NCBI GenBank assembly: GCA_019873725.1
Contig: JAIOAS010000004.1
Span: 1 to 58,862, forward strand
Source of the DNA: Chloroflexota bacterium
Lineage (GTDB): Bacteria; Chloroflexota; Anaerolineae; B4-G1; SLSP01
DNA length: 58,862 nucleotides
Direction: 5' to 3'
Positions within the stretch are counted from its first letter, which is position 1; every line of letters starts with the position of its first letter. The position numbers and the translations under genes are program-made. The notes beneath the pieces were generated by a model, which did no database searches, had not been told where the DNA came from, and saw only the letters and a program-made list of their open reading frames with translations. Positions 17,339-25,267 of the stretch are shown in pieces.

Positions 17339-19397
17339 GTCAGAGAGGCTTTAATCCCCGTAAGGGGTCGGAAACAAGCGGGGCAATTATCATCCTCGGT
17401 ATCTAAAAAAAGTCAGAGAGGCTTTAATCCCCGTAAGGGGTCGGAAACTCTAGCGTGGGATATCGTCGTCCAGATCATCTTAACACGTCAGAGAGGCTTT
17501 AATCCCCGTAAGGGGTCGGAAACCAAAGATCGCGAGGACGATCGAAGCGATGATAGGCCAAGGTCAGAGAGGCTTTAATCCCCGTAAGGGGTCGGAAACT
17601 CACAATTTTTTGGCGTCTGCCTTGAGCTTCTGGAGTACAGTCAGAGAGGCTTTAATCCCCGTAAGGGGTCGGAAACTATATTGAAGGAATCTCTTCCTCC
17701 ATCGGGGATAGTCGTCAGAGAGGCTTTAATCCCCGTAAGGGGTCGGAAACGCGAGATATCCAGCACTTCACCGGGCCTGGCATATACGTCAGAGAGGCTT
17801 TAATCCCCGTAAGGGGTCGGAAACTTGCTACGATTTGCGGCAAATTTCGAGCTTCGCCGGTCGTCAGAGAGGCTTTAATCCCCGTAAGGGGTCGGAAACT
17901 AGCTACTACCGCTTCGACAGGCCCAAGCCCGTCTTGCGTCAGAGAGGCTTTAATCCCCGTAAGGGGTCGGAAACCGAATTTGACCAGTTACAATAATCGG
18001 CCGAGTCCAAAGTCAGAGAGGCTTTAATCCCCGTAAGGGGTCGGAAACAGGCAACCACCCTGAACCCCATAGGCTACAATGACTTTTGTCAGAGAGGCTT
18101 TAATCCCCGTAAGGGGTCGGAAACTGTACGTGTTCACAATCGAAGCCGCATCCCGCTTTCCGAGGTCAGAGAGGCTTTAATCCCCGTAAGGGGTCGGAAA
18201 CTTTGAGTGATAGGCGTGGATAAGGTTTGGGTGTATCCAAGTCAGAGAGGCTTTAATCCCCGTAAGGGGTCGGAAACACTGTTCAGTAGCTCCCCAGTCG
18301 ATGAAGATTGTGTCAGGTCAGAGAGGCTTTAATCCCCGTAAGGGGTCGGAAACGATAGTTTGCGGGTTTTGCCCAAACAAGTTTGCAGGTTTTGGTCAGA
18401 GAGGCTTTAATCCCCGTAAGGGGTCGGAAACCGCATCGGACAAGCCCGAAGTGCCTACCAGGGCATAGAAGTCAGAGAGGCTTTAATCCCCGTAAGGGGT
18501 CGGAAACCGTCTTGCAGACGTCGTTGACACACACTTCACCCGGATGTCAGAGAGGCTTTAATCCCCGTAAGGGGTCGGAAACTTCCCATAAGACCTCCTA
18601 TGCGGCTGGTCTGGCAATCGTCGTCAGAGAGGCTTTAATCCCCGTAAGGGGTCGGAAACTCATAATCTACAGCAGCAAGGGGATCAAGATCAGGATCGTC
18701 AGAGAGGCTTTAATCCCCGTAAGGGGTCGGAAACCGCCGCCACCGCGCATAGCATACCCACGCGCAATAGCTCGTCAGAGAGGCTTTAATCCCCGTAAGG
18801 GGTCGGAAACGCAAGACGCAGAGCGCGAACGCCGAGCTGGAGGACGAGTCAGAGAGGCTTTAATCCCCGTAAGGGGTCGGAAACTCTGAACCTTGCCCCT
18901 GCAGGGAGTACTTCATTCTCCCTGTCAGAGAGGCTTTAATCCCCGTAAGGGGTCGGAAACCCACATCTTCCGTTTGTCCATCACTTGCAGTGATTTCGTC
19001 AGAGAGGCTTTAATCCCCGTAAGGGGTCGGAAACTCACGTTATCCCGAAGGACGTCAGAGACAATGTGTCCGTCAGAGAGGCTTTAATCCCCGTAAGGGG
19101 TCGGAAACTTTCGCACGATCGAGGATCGTGTATGGCGTTAGTTGCGGGTCAGAGAGGCTTTAATCCCCGTAAGGGGTCGGAAACAATTTGAATGAAATGG
19201 ATACTAAACCGTCGCCACCTTCGTCAGAGAGGCTTTAATCCCCGTAAGGGGTCGGAAACGGTGTCACCACAGACGCTTGAGACACGGGTGCAGCTTTAGT
19301 CAGAGAGGCTTTAATCCCCGTAAGGGGTCGGAAACTCGAGAATATTGGTTCCCAGCAACGCCGGAAATCCTACGTCAGAGAGGCTTTAATCCCCGTA
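17339..19397 (+). CRISPR. CRISPR array, distal part (repeats 8-34 intact, repeat 35 truncated at nt 24)
   Basis: There are 27 identical 37-nt repeats from 17339 to 19335. A final copy starting at 19374 stops after GTCAGAGAGGCTTTAATCCCCGTA, where IS21-end sequence begins. Confidence 0.97.
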
Positions 19398-19465
19398 TGT
19401 CAAATGCCGCCCGTGATGGGCCACCCATAGTCGGGTGATGTGGGCCACGCGTGTGCGGGTTGAGG
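19398..19465 (+). mobile_element. Solo IS21 left-end remnant (~68 nt)
   Basis: tgtcaaatgccgcccgtgatgggccacccatagtcgggtgatgtgggccac... matches the left end of the IS at 14529 with 1-2 mismatches. Similarity is then lost. Confidence 0.9.
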
Positions 19466-19972
19466 CAATAAAAGACGGCCCCTCAAGTTGAGGAGCCGTT
19501 TTCGTTGACAGTTATCCTTCCAGGCGTATTGTTTCGGCGCTTTGCCGCGACGTTCCAGGACGCACGGCGCTTGTGCAGCCATAGAATTGGTGTCCACGGT
19601 TTCCAACGTGATCTCGAATTCCCATCGATCCCTGAGATCGAACAGAAAGATCATCGTCTGGCCTGGCGCCAACGGCAGTTCGCCGACGCGCACTACACTT
19701 GTCCAGGGGGCTTCTTCCAGATACGTATGGTTGATGTGGCACAGCTGGCCATACCGGTTTTGATAGGAAAAGCGATACAGGTGGTCGCCGTCGAACGAGT
19801 AGACATCCAGGATGAGCTGCGCCAGTTCATCCAACGTGGATGTCGCCGGCAGCGCCATTCGCCGCCACAGGTTCTTCCCCAGCGTGACTTTGAAAATATG
19901 GACGCCGTCGCGCACGGTCGCTTCGGCGGGCAACGGCAGAAGTGGTTCCCACTGCGGGATGTAGGGGCGCAA
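19400..19972 (-). CDS. PRiA4_ORF3-like (IS1096 TnpR-like) domain protein, possibly disrupted
   Basis: VHIFKVTLGKNLWRRMALPATSTLDELAQLILDVYSFDGDHLYRF...FLFDLRDRWEFEITLE fits the pRiA4b ORF-3-like fold motif. The start is TTG. The C-terminal ~35 aa are read through a terminator hairpin and IS21-end DNA. Confidence 0.5.
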   Translation of the reverse strand: MRPYIPQWEPLLPLPAEATVRDGVHIFKVTLGKNLWRRMALPATSTLDELAQLILDVYSFDGDHLYRFSYQNRYGQLCHINHTYLEEAPWTSVVRVGELPLAPGQTMIFLFDLRDRWEFEITLETVDTNSMAAQAPCVLERRGKAPKQYAWKDNCQRKRLLNLRGRLLLPQPAHAWPTSPDYGWPITGGI

Positions 19973-20370
19973 GGCCGGTTGTAACGTCCCCAGTGCAAGG
20001 CACTGATTTCCGGGAGGAGGCGTAAAGGCAGTTGTTGCATCGCGGTGACGGGCAAGGGGTGCGCGTAGACGTAATCCAGCAACGCGTCGAAATCATGAAC
20101 GATGGAGCCGGGGGTAGTTGCGGTAAAGTGTTGCTGTTGAATCAGGCGTTTGTCCCTGGCCGTGAGCTTTATCCTTTTGTATTGAGCGTCTATGATCCCC
20201 ATTGTGGCCTCCACAGGTCAGACTGTATTACGCGGGTTACTGGTCACGGTGGGTGTCTGGATCGGCAAGGATGTCGCCACTCCGTTTTAACAAGTTCCTG
20301 GACCACTGTACTATGATCTCGCCAGCGACATAAGACAGCATGCACACCTGGCGTTGAGCCTGCCCTCACC

Positions 20371-23300
20371 TCACCCCTCCACCGCTAGCACCCGTTCCCC
20401 CACCACGCTGCACACCCGACCCTGCCACTGCAACGTCCCTTCCACTACCACGAACCGTCCGCGCAGCGCCTCGCGATACGCCGCGAACACCTCCGGGCGC
20501 AGAACCACATTGACCACGCCCCCCTCGTCCTCCAACGCGATGAACGCCGTCCCCTGCGCCGTCGGCGGACGCTGCCGGGCAATGATCACCCCACCCACGC
20601 GCAGCTTCGTCCCGTCAGGCCAGTGGGATAACTCGGCTACCGGCGTCACCCCCATCGCACGCAAGGTCTGCGCCACGGTCTGCACCAGATGCCCTTGCGC
20701 TGTCACCCCCGTCGTCGCCACTTCCATCCACAGGCGCTCGGTGTCGGTGGCCCTGGGAAACGCCGGGCGCGTCCCCGGCTCGACGACGTCCAATTGCGGT
20801 GGCCCACCGATGGTCTCCATTGCTGCGCCCAGGTCCCACACCAACTGCCGCCGTGGGATACGCCACCCGTCGAAGGCCCCGCCCAGGATCAACGCCTCGA
20901 CCGCGCGCCGTCCCAGGCGCGTGCGCTGGCAGAAATCGGTGAGCGAGGTGAACGGCCCGTATTCCCGCGCCGTGACGATCTGCGCCCCGCCGCTTTCGCC
21001 CACGCCCGACACCGTTGCCAGCCCCAGACGGATGCCGGTGCCGTCCGCCGTCGCGGACACGTCCGACGCTTGCACGTCCGCGCCGAAAATCTGTATCCCG
21101 CAGCGCCGCGCCTCGTCCACGATCACCCGTGGCGGATAGAAGCCCATCGGCTGGTGGCGCAGCAGCCCGGCAAAGAAGGCGACCGGGTGGTAGCAGCGCA
21201 GCCACGCCGAGTGATAGGTCAGCACCGCGAAGGCCGCCGCGTGGCTCTTGGGGAAGGCGTAGCTGCCAAACGCCTGCATCTGGGCAAACACCGTCTCGAT
21301 GATCTTTTGCGGTACACCGTTGGCCTGCGCTCCGGCAAAGAACTGCGCCTTGAACTGCTGCAAGGTTTCCTCGGCGCGCTTGCGGCCCAGGCAGCGTCGC
21401 AGTTGCTCGGCCTGCCCTGGCGTAAACCCGGCCAGGTCCCGCGCCACCTTGAGCACCTGTTCCTGGAAGATCATCACCCCCAATGTTTCGGCCAGCGCGG
21501 GCTTGAGCAAGGGGTGAACATAGCGCACCGGCTCTTGCCCATAGCGCCGCCGCAGATATGGGCGTACGACGTTGGCTTGTAGCGGTCCGGGACGGATCAG
21601 CGCGATCTCCACTGTCAGATCGGCAAAACAACGGGGCTGGAAGTTGCGCACCAACTCCGCCTGCGCGCGGCTCTCCAACTGGAACACCCCGATGGTCTCC
21701 CCCCGGCACAACATATCGTAGACCGCCGGATCGTCGAAGGTCAACCGTTCCAGTTCAGGGCGCTCCCCGGTCATCGCCGCCACGATACACACCGCGTCCT
21801 CGATGGCCGACAGCATCCGCAGGCCCAGCAGGTCCACCTTGACGTACCCTGCGTCTTCCAGTCTCTCCTTGTCCCACTGCGTCACGATCCGGCCCGGCAG
21901 TGTCGCCGGTTCCAGGGGAATCAGTGTATTCAAGGCTGGCCCGGAGAGCACCATCCCGCCGTTGTGGATACCCAGGTGACGCGGCAAGCCGTCCAGTTGC
22001 GGGACGAGGCGCAGCAGGTGTTGGAACAAGGGGCTGTCCAGGTCTGCGCCCACTGCCGCTTGCAGTGACGGCGTCGCTGTCACGCTCTGTGGATCGTTGA
22101 CATCCAACGCCCCCACCAGGCGTTCCAACAGCGCCGGAGGCAGACCCAACGCTCGGCCCACATCGCGCACGGCGGAACGCGCGCGGAAGGTTACCAGCGT
22201 ACAAGCCATTGCCGCGTGATCGGGACCGTAACGCTGCATCACGTATTGGATGACCTCTTCACGGCGATCGGCGGCGATGTCGAGGTCAATGTCGGGCGGG
22301 CTGCGGCGCTCCGGTGACAGGAAGCGCTCGAACACCAGGTCGGCAGCCAATGGATCAATCGGGGTAATGCCCAACAGGTAGGCTACCAGCGAATTGGCCG
22401 CGCTGCCGCGGCCCTGGCAGCGGATACCGTGTTCGCGGGCGAAGCGCGCGATGTCCCACACGATGAGGAAGTAGTCGTCCAGACCCATCGCGTGGATGCT
22501 GGTCAACTCGTGTTCCAGTTGGGATAGAGCACGCACGGTGTCCACATAGCGGTCACGGAGTGCAGCCACGCACAACTGGCGCAAATAGGTGCTGGCGACG
22601 CTGCCGTCCGGCGTGGGGAACGCCGGCAACACTTGCGCGCCGTTCGGCAGAAAGGTCACGGCGGACGCACAATGGTCGGCGATGACGCGCGTGTTCGTGA
22701 TCGCTGCCGGCACGTTGGCGAACAAGGCCGCCATTTCGTCGGGGGTGCGGAAGCGGTATTCATCGTTGGGCCGCAGCAGGTCGCCCGCGTCTTCCAGGGT
22801 GACGTGGTGGCGGATACAGGTGAGGACGTCGTGAACCTCACGTTGCTCCGGGTACAGGTAGTGGACATTCCCCGTAGCGACTACCGGCAGGCGCAGGCGG
22901 TCGGCCAGGCCCACCAGGTGACCGAGCAAGCGCATCTCGCCGGGGTGATAGTGGCGTTGGACTTCGATGAAGAAATGCTCCGGCCCGAACAGCCGCGCGT
23001 AGCCCTGGGCTGCATCGAGTGCCGCAGCGTAGTCTCCAGCGACAATCCGCCGCGCCACAGCTCCCTGGCGACACCCCGACAGCGCGATGAGACCCGCCGA
23101 GTGTTCAGCCAGGTCGGCCAATGCCAGCCGCGCCGTACCTTTGGGTTGCCCACGATGCGCCAGGGTGAGGAGTTGGCAGAGGTTGGCATAGCCGTGCGGC
23201 GTCTCGGCCAGCAATGTCAGGTGCGCCGTGCCGTCACCGTCTGCCAGCGTCAATTCCGCGCCCAGCAGCGGCTTGATCCCTGCTGCTTCCGCTGTGCGGA

Positions 23301-23460
23301 TGAAGGGCACGGCCCCATACAGCCCGTCGTGATCGGTGAGGGCCAGCGCGGGCATTTCCAGGGATGCCGCGTGTTCGACCAGGCTCTGCGGCGAGACGAC
23401 GCCGTCCAGCAGGCTGTGACTGGAATGGGCGTGCAGTTCGACGTAGCAGGCGCGGTTCAT
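20371..23460 (-). CDS. dnaE2: Error-prone DNA polymerase III alpha subunit DnaE2
   Basis: Starts with the PHP domain, MNRACYVELHAHSSHSLLDG, and is about 1029 aa. The ATG at 23460 overlaps the imuB stop (ATGA). Confidence 0.9.
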   Translation of the reverse strand: MNRACYVELHAHSSHSLLDGVVSPQSLVEHAASLEMPALALTDHDGLYGAVPFIRTAEAAGIKPLLGAELTLADGDGTAHLTLLAETPHGYANLCQLLTLAHRGQPKGTARLALADLAEHSAGLIALSGCRQGAVARRIVAGDYAAALDAAQGYARLFGPEHFFIEVQRHYHPGEMRLLGHLVGLADRLRLPVVATGNVHYLYPEQREVHDVLTCIRHHVTLEDAGDLLRPNDEYRFRTPDEMAALFANVPAAITNTRVIADHCASAVTFLPNGAQVLPAFPTPDGSVASTYLRQLCVAALRDRYVDTVRALSQLEHELTSIHAMGLDDYFLIVWDIARFAREHGIRCQGRGSAANSLVAYLLGITPIDPLAADLVFERFLSPERRSPPDIDLDIAADRREEVIQYVMQRYGPDHAAMACTLVTFRARSAVRDVGRALGLPPALLERLVGALDVNDPQSVTATPSLQAAVGADLDSPLFQHLLRLVPQLDGLPRHLGIHNGGMVLSGPALNTLIPLEPATLPGRIVTQWDKERLEDAGYVKVDLLGLRMLSAIEDAVCIVAAMTGERPELERLTFDDPAVYDMLCRGETIGVFQLESRAQAELVRNFQPRCFADLTVEIALIRPGPLQANVVRPYLRRRYGQEPVRYVHPLLKPALAETLGVMIFQEQVLKVARDLAGFTPGQAEQLRRCLGRKRAEETLQQFKAQFFAGAQANGVPQKIIETVFAQMQAFGSYAFPKSHAAAFAVLTYHSAWLRCYHPVAFFAGLLRHQPMGFYPPRVIVDEARRCGIQIFGADVQASDVSATADGTGIRLGLATVSGVGESGGAQIVTAREYGPFTSLTDFCQRTRLGRRAVEALILGGAFDGWRIPRRQLVWDLGAAMETIGGPPQLDVVEPGTRPAFPRATDTERLWMEVATTGVTAQGHLVQTVAQTLRAMGVTPVAELSHWPDGTKLRVGGVIIARQRPPTAQGTAFIALEDEGGVVNVVLRPEVFAAYREALRGRFVVVEGTLQWQGRVCSVVGERVLAVEG

Positions 23461-24863
23461 ATCCGCCGCCGTTCCAGATACCAGGCGTCGTTCGCCAGGT
23501 CGCGGAAAACGATCTTCACCTGGCGGTCGCGCAGTTCGACGCGGTAGTAGTCGCGCAGCACGGGCTGTGTCCACCAACGCCGTCTTTCGCGCCAGTGCTC
23601 GTAGACGCGAGCCACGGGGTGAAAGCGTTGATCCCACACCAGGGCCAGCGGTTGCCCGGCAGCGTCAAGCGTGGTCTGGATCGCGCGCGGGCCGGGTGGG
23701 GCCAGCAGCGACGCCACGATGACGATCAGTTCCCCGAAACGCTGGCGCAGCCGCCGCAAGGTCTCCTGCAGGGCGCGCCCACGCGCGTCGCTGGGTGCGT
23801 TGAACAGCGCCAGTTGTGTCGCCGCGAGATACGCCGGACGCAGGGGGTACAGTGTCAGGGTCAGGCGAGTCACAGCGCGGGTAAGGGTGACGCGCATTGC
23901 CAATCCAACGGCCTGACGCTTGAGTTGGTCCACATCGTCCGTGGGCGGTTCGATGGCGGTGCTGACGATGTGTGTTTTCCCGGCTTCGTCTTCGAGCGTC
24001 AGGGTTATGCCCTGCGCCTGATGTTTGCGCTGTACCAGGTCGGTCGCCGCGCTTTCACCCAGCCGTGCAACGCGCGCGACCAGGGGGCCGGCATCGCGTA
24101 ACGGGGGTTCGCACAAGTGACTGCGTTCCACCACCAGGGGCGGGGCATCGGGGTAAACGCCGCGTGGATCGCGCCCGGCGGCTAGATCGTGGAACAGCCC
24201 CGCATCCGCACCGAACTGCCGCACGATGGCGGCGCGTGGCAAGGCCGCCAGTGTGCCCAGGGTGGTAATGCCGAGCAGGTGCAGGCGACGATGCATTTCA
24301 GGGTCGAGGGGCAGGGTCTCGATGGGCAGCGGAGACAGAAAGGTGCGTTCCTGGCCCGGCTGCACCGGACACCAGCCGTGAGGCCGGGCGGCACGCGCGG
24401 CTTGTTCGGCGGTGAAGCGTTGAGGAGCCAGGCCGATGCGGGCGTCCAGCGTGCTGACTTGCAGCACTTCCCGCGCCAGTGACCGGGCCAGTTCGACGTC
24501 TGCTTGCGCCGGATCGCGCCCTTGGGGGACACGCAGATCCGACACATCGGCAAACAGGTAGCCCAACCCCGCCGTCTCGACGCGGTCGGTGTGCTGGCGC
24601 AGCACGGCATCCAGCGCGGCGTGCGCTTCGCAGTAGACGGCTTCCCGCGCCGGGACGAAGGTTGCGCCGGGGCACACCTGCGCCGCGCGCGCCAGGCGCA
24701 TTCCCAGGCGCACCCCGGCAGAGGCGGCATCGGGGGAGCAGTCCAGCACCGCGCCGGGGTCCCACGGGCGTCCTCCAACGATGAGCGGCGCGGTATCCAG
24801 GGCTCCGGCTTGCTGTTCGACCTGAACCGGCAGATGAGCAGCGAGCAGGCAGATGATTTTCAT
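23457..24863 (-). CDS. imuB: Y-family polymerase-like ImuB
   Basis: Starts MKIICLLAAHLPVQVEQQ and has Y-family palm/little-finger-like features. It is translationally coupled to dnaE2, the canonical cassette order. Confidence 0.8.
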   Translation of the reverse strand: MKIICLLAAHLPVQVEQQAGALDTAPLIVGGRPWDPGAVLDCSPDAASAGVRLGMRLARAAQVCPGATFVPAREAVYCEAHAALDAVLRQHTDRVETAGLGYLFADVSDLRVPQGRDPAQADVELARSLAREVLQVSTLDARIGLAPQRFTAEQAARAARPHGWCPVQPGQERTFLSPLPIETLPLDPEMHRRLHLLGITTLGTLAALPRAAIVRQFGADAGLFHDLAAGRDPRGVYPDAPPLVVERSHLCEPPLRDAGPLVARVARLGESAATDLVQRKHQAQGITLTLEDEAGKTHIVSTAIEPPTDDVDQLKRQAVGLAMRVTLTRAVTRLTLTLYPLRPAYLAATQLALFNAPSDARGRALQETLRRLRQRFGELIVIVASLLAPPGPRAIQTTLDAAGQPLALVWDQRFHPVARVYEHWRERRRWWTQPVLRDYYRVELRDRQVKIVFRDLANDAWYLERRRI

Positions 24864-24888
24864 TGTCTGACTTGGCTCCAACGATATA

Positions 24889-24900
24889 GAACATAGGTTC
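24889..24900. promoter_or_regulatory. LexA (SOS) box GAAC-N4-GTTC
   Basis: GAACATAGGTTC sits within the larger palindrome TAGAACATAGGTTCTA, immediately downstream of the imuB -10 element. Confidence 0.75.
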
Positions 24901-24906
24901 TATTTC

Positions 24907-24935
24907 ATTATAACGAGCCGACTGGGGACGGTCAA
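24907..24935 (-). promoter_or_regulatory. imuB-dnaE2 promoter (TTGACC-17-TATAAT)
   Basis: On the minus strand, TTGACC is at 24935-24930 and TATAAT at 24912-24907, with a 17-nt spacer. Confidence 0.65.
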
Positions 24936-25034
24936 GTATATTCACATTTTGGGGCAAGGGGCATATATTTTGGGTGTAGAGATGATGACAGAATGTCGAC
25001 AAGATGATGAACATCGCAGTCCGATCTGCCAATG

Positions 25035-25070
25035 CAGACCTGACAGGTTTTCTGAAACCTGTCAGGTCTG
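25035..25070. repeat. Perfect 16-bp-stem hairpin (CAGACCTGACAGGTTT tctg AAACCTGTCAGGTCTG)
   Basis: Arms at 25035-25050 and 25055-25070. It lies between the divergent imuB and kinase promoters. Confidence 0.8.
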
Positions 25071-25091
25071 GCGAAACGCACCCTTATTAGT

Positions 25092-25120
25092 TTGACGTTT
25101 CTGCAAAATCCTCATATAGT
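25092..25120 (+). promoter_or_regulatory. Candidate promoter of DGR-target kinase 1 (TTGACG-17-TATAGT)
   Basis: TTGACG at 25092-25097 and TATAGT at 25115-25120. Confidence 0.45.
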
Positions 25121-25159
25121 ATGAGAGGATATTGCATCATCTCAATAAAAAGGGGAGAA

Positions 25160-25215
25160 GTGGGGGTTTGGGGGCGGGCGCAGCCCGCCCCCAAACCCCC
25201 ACCCCCAGATTTTTG
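25160..25215 (+). terminator. Leader hairpin with 20-bp perfect G/C-rich stem plus T-tract (attenuator-like)
   Basis: Arms at 25160-25179 and 25183-25202 with a 3-nt loop, followed by ccccagattttt. It lies about 35 nt after the predicted TSS and about 65 nt before the kinase ATG. Confidence 0.45.
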
Positions 25216-25267
25216 AGAAGATACAGGATATTGGCAATTGAAGGAAACGGCGGGCGAGGGACCAGCG

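Noticed and set aside
14068-19087. Track ORFs 14068..14445, 17312..17578, 18383..18889 and 18893..19087, with recurring QRGFNPRKGSET / REALIPVRGRK peptides
   Set aside because: They are translations of the 37-nt CRISPR repeat in different frames, so they are array artefacts.
20615-23547. Numerous long ORFs on both strands inside dnaE2 (e.g. 20615..21709, 20689..21582, 22633..23547)
   Set aside because: They are Arg/Gly/Pro/Ala-rich out-of-frame or antisense ORFs typical of high-GC coding DNA. The dnaE2 frame explains the region.
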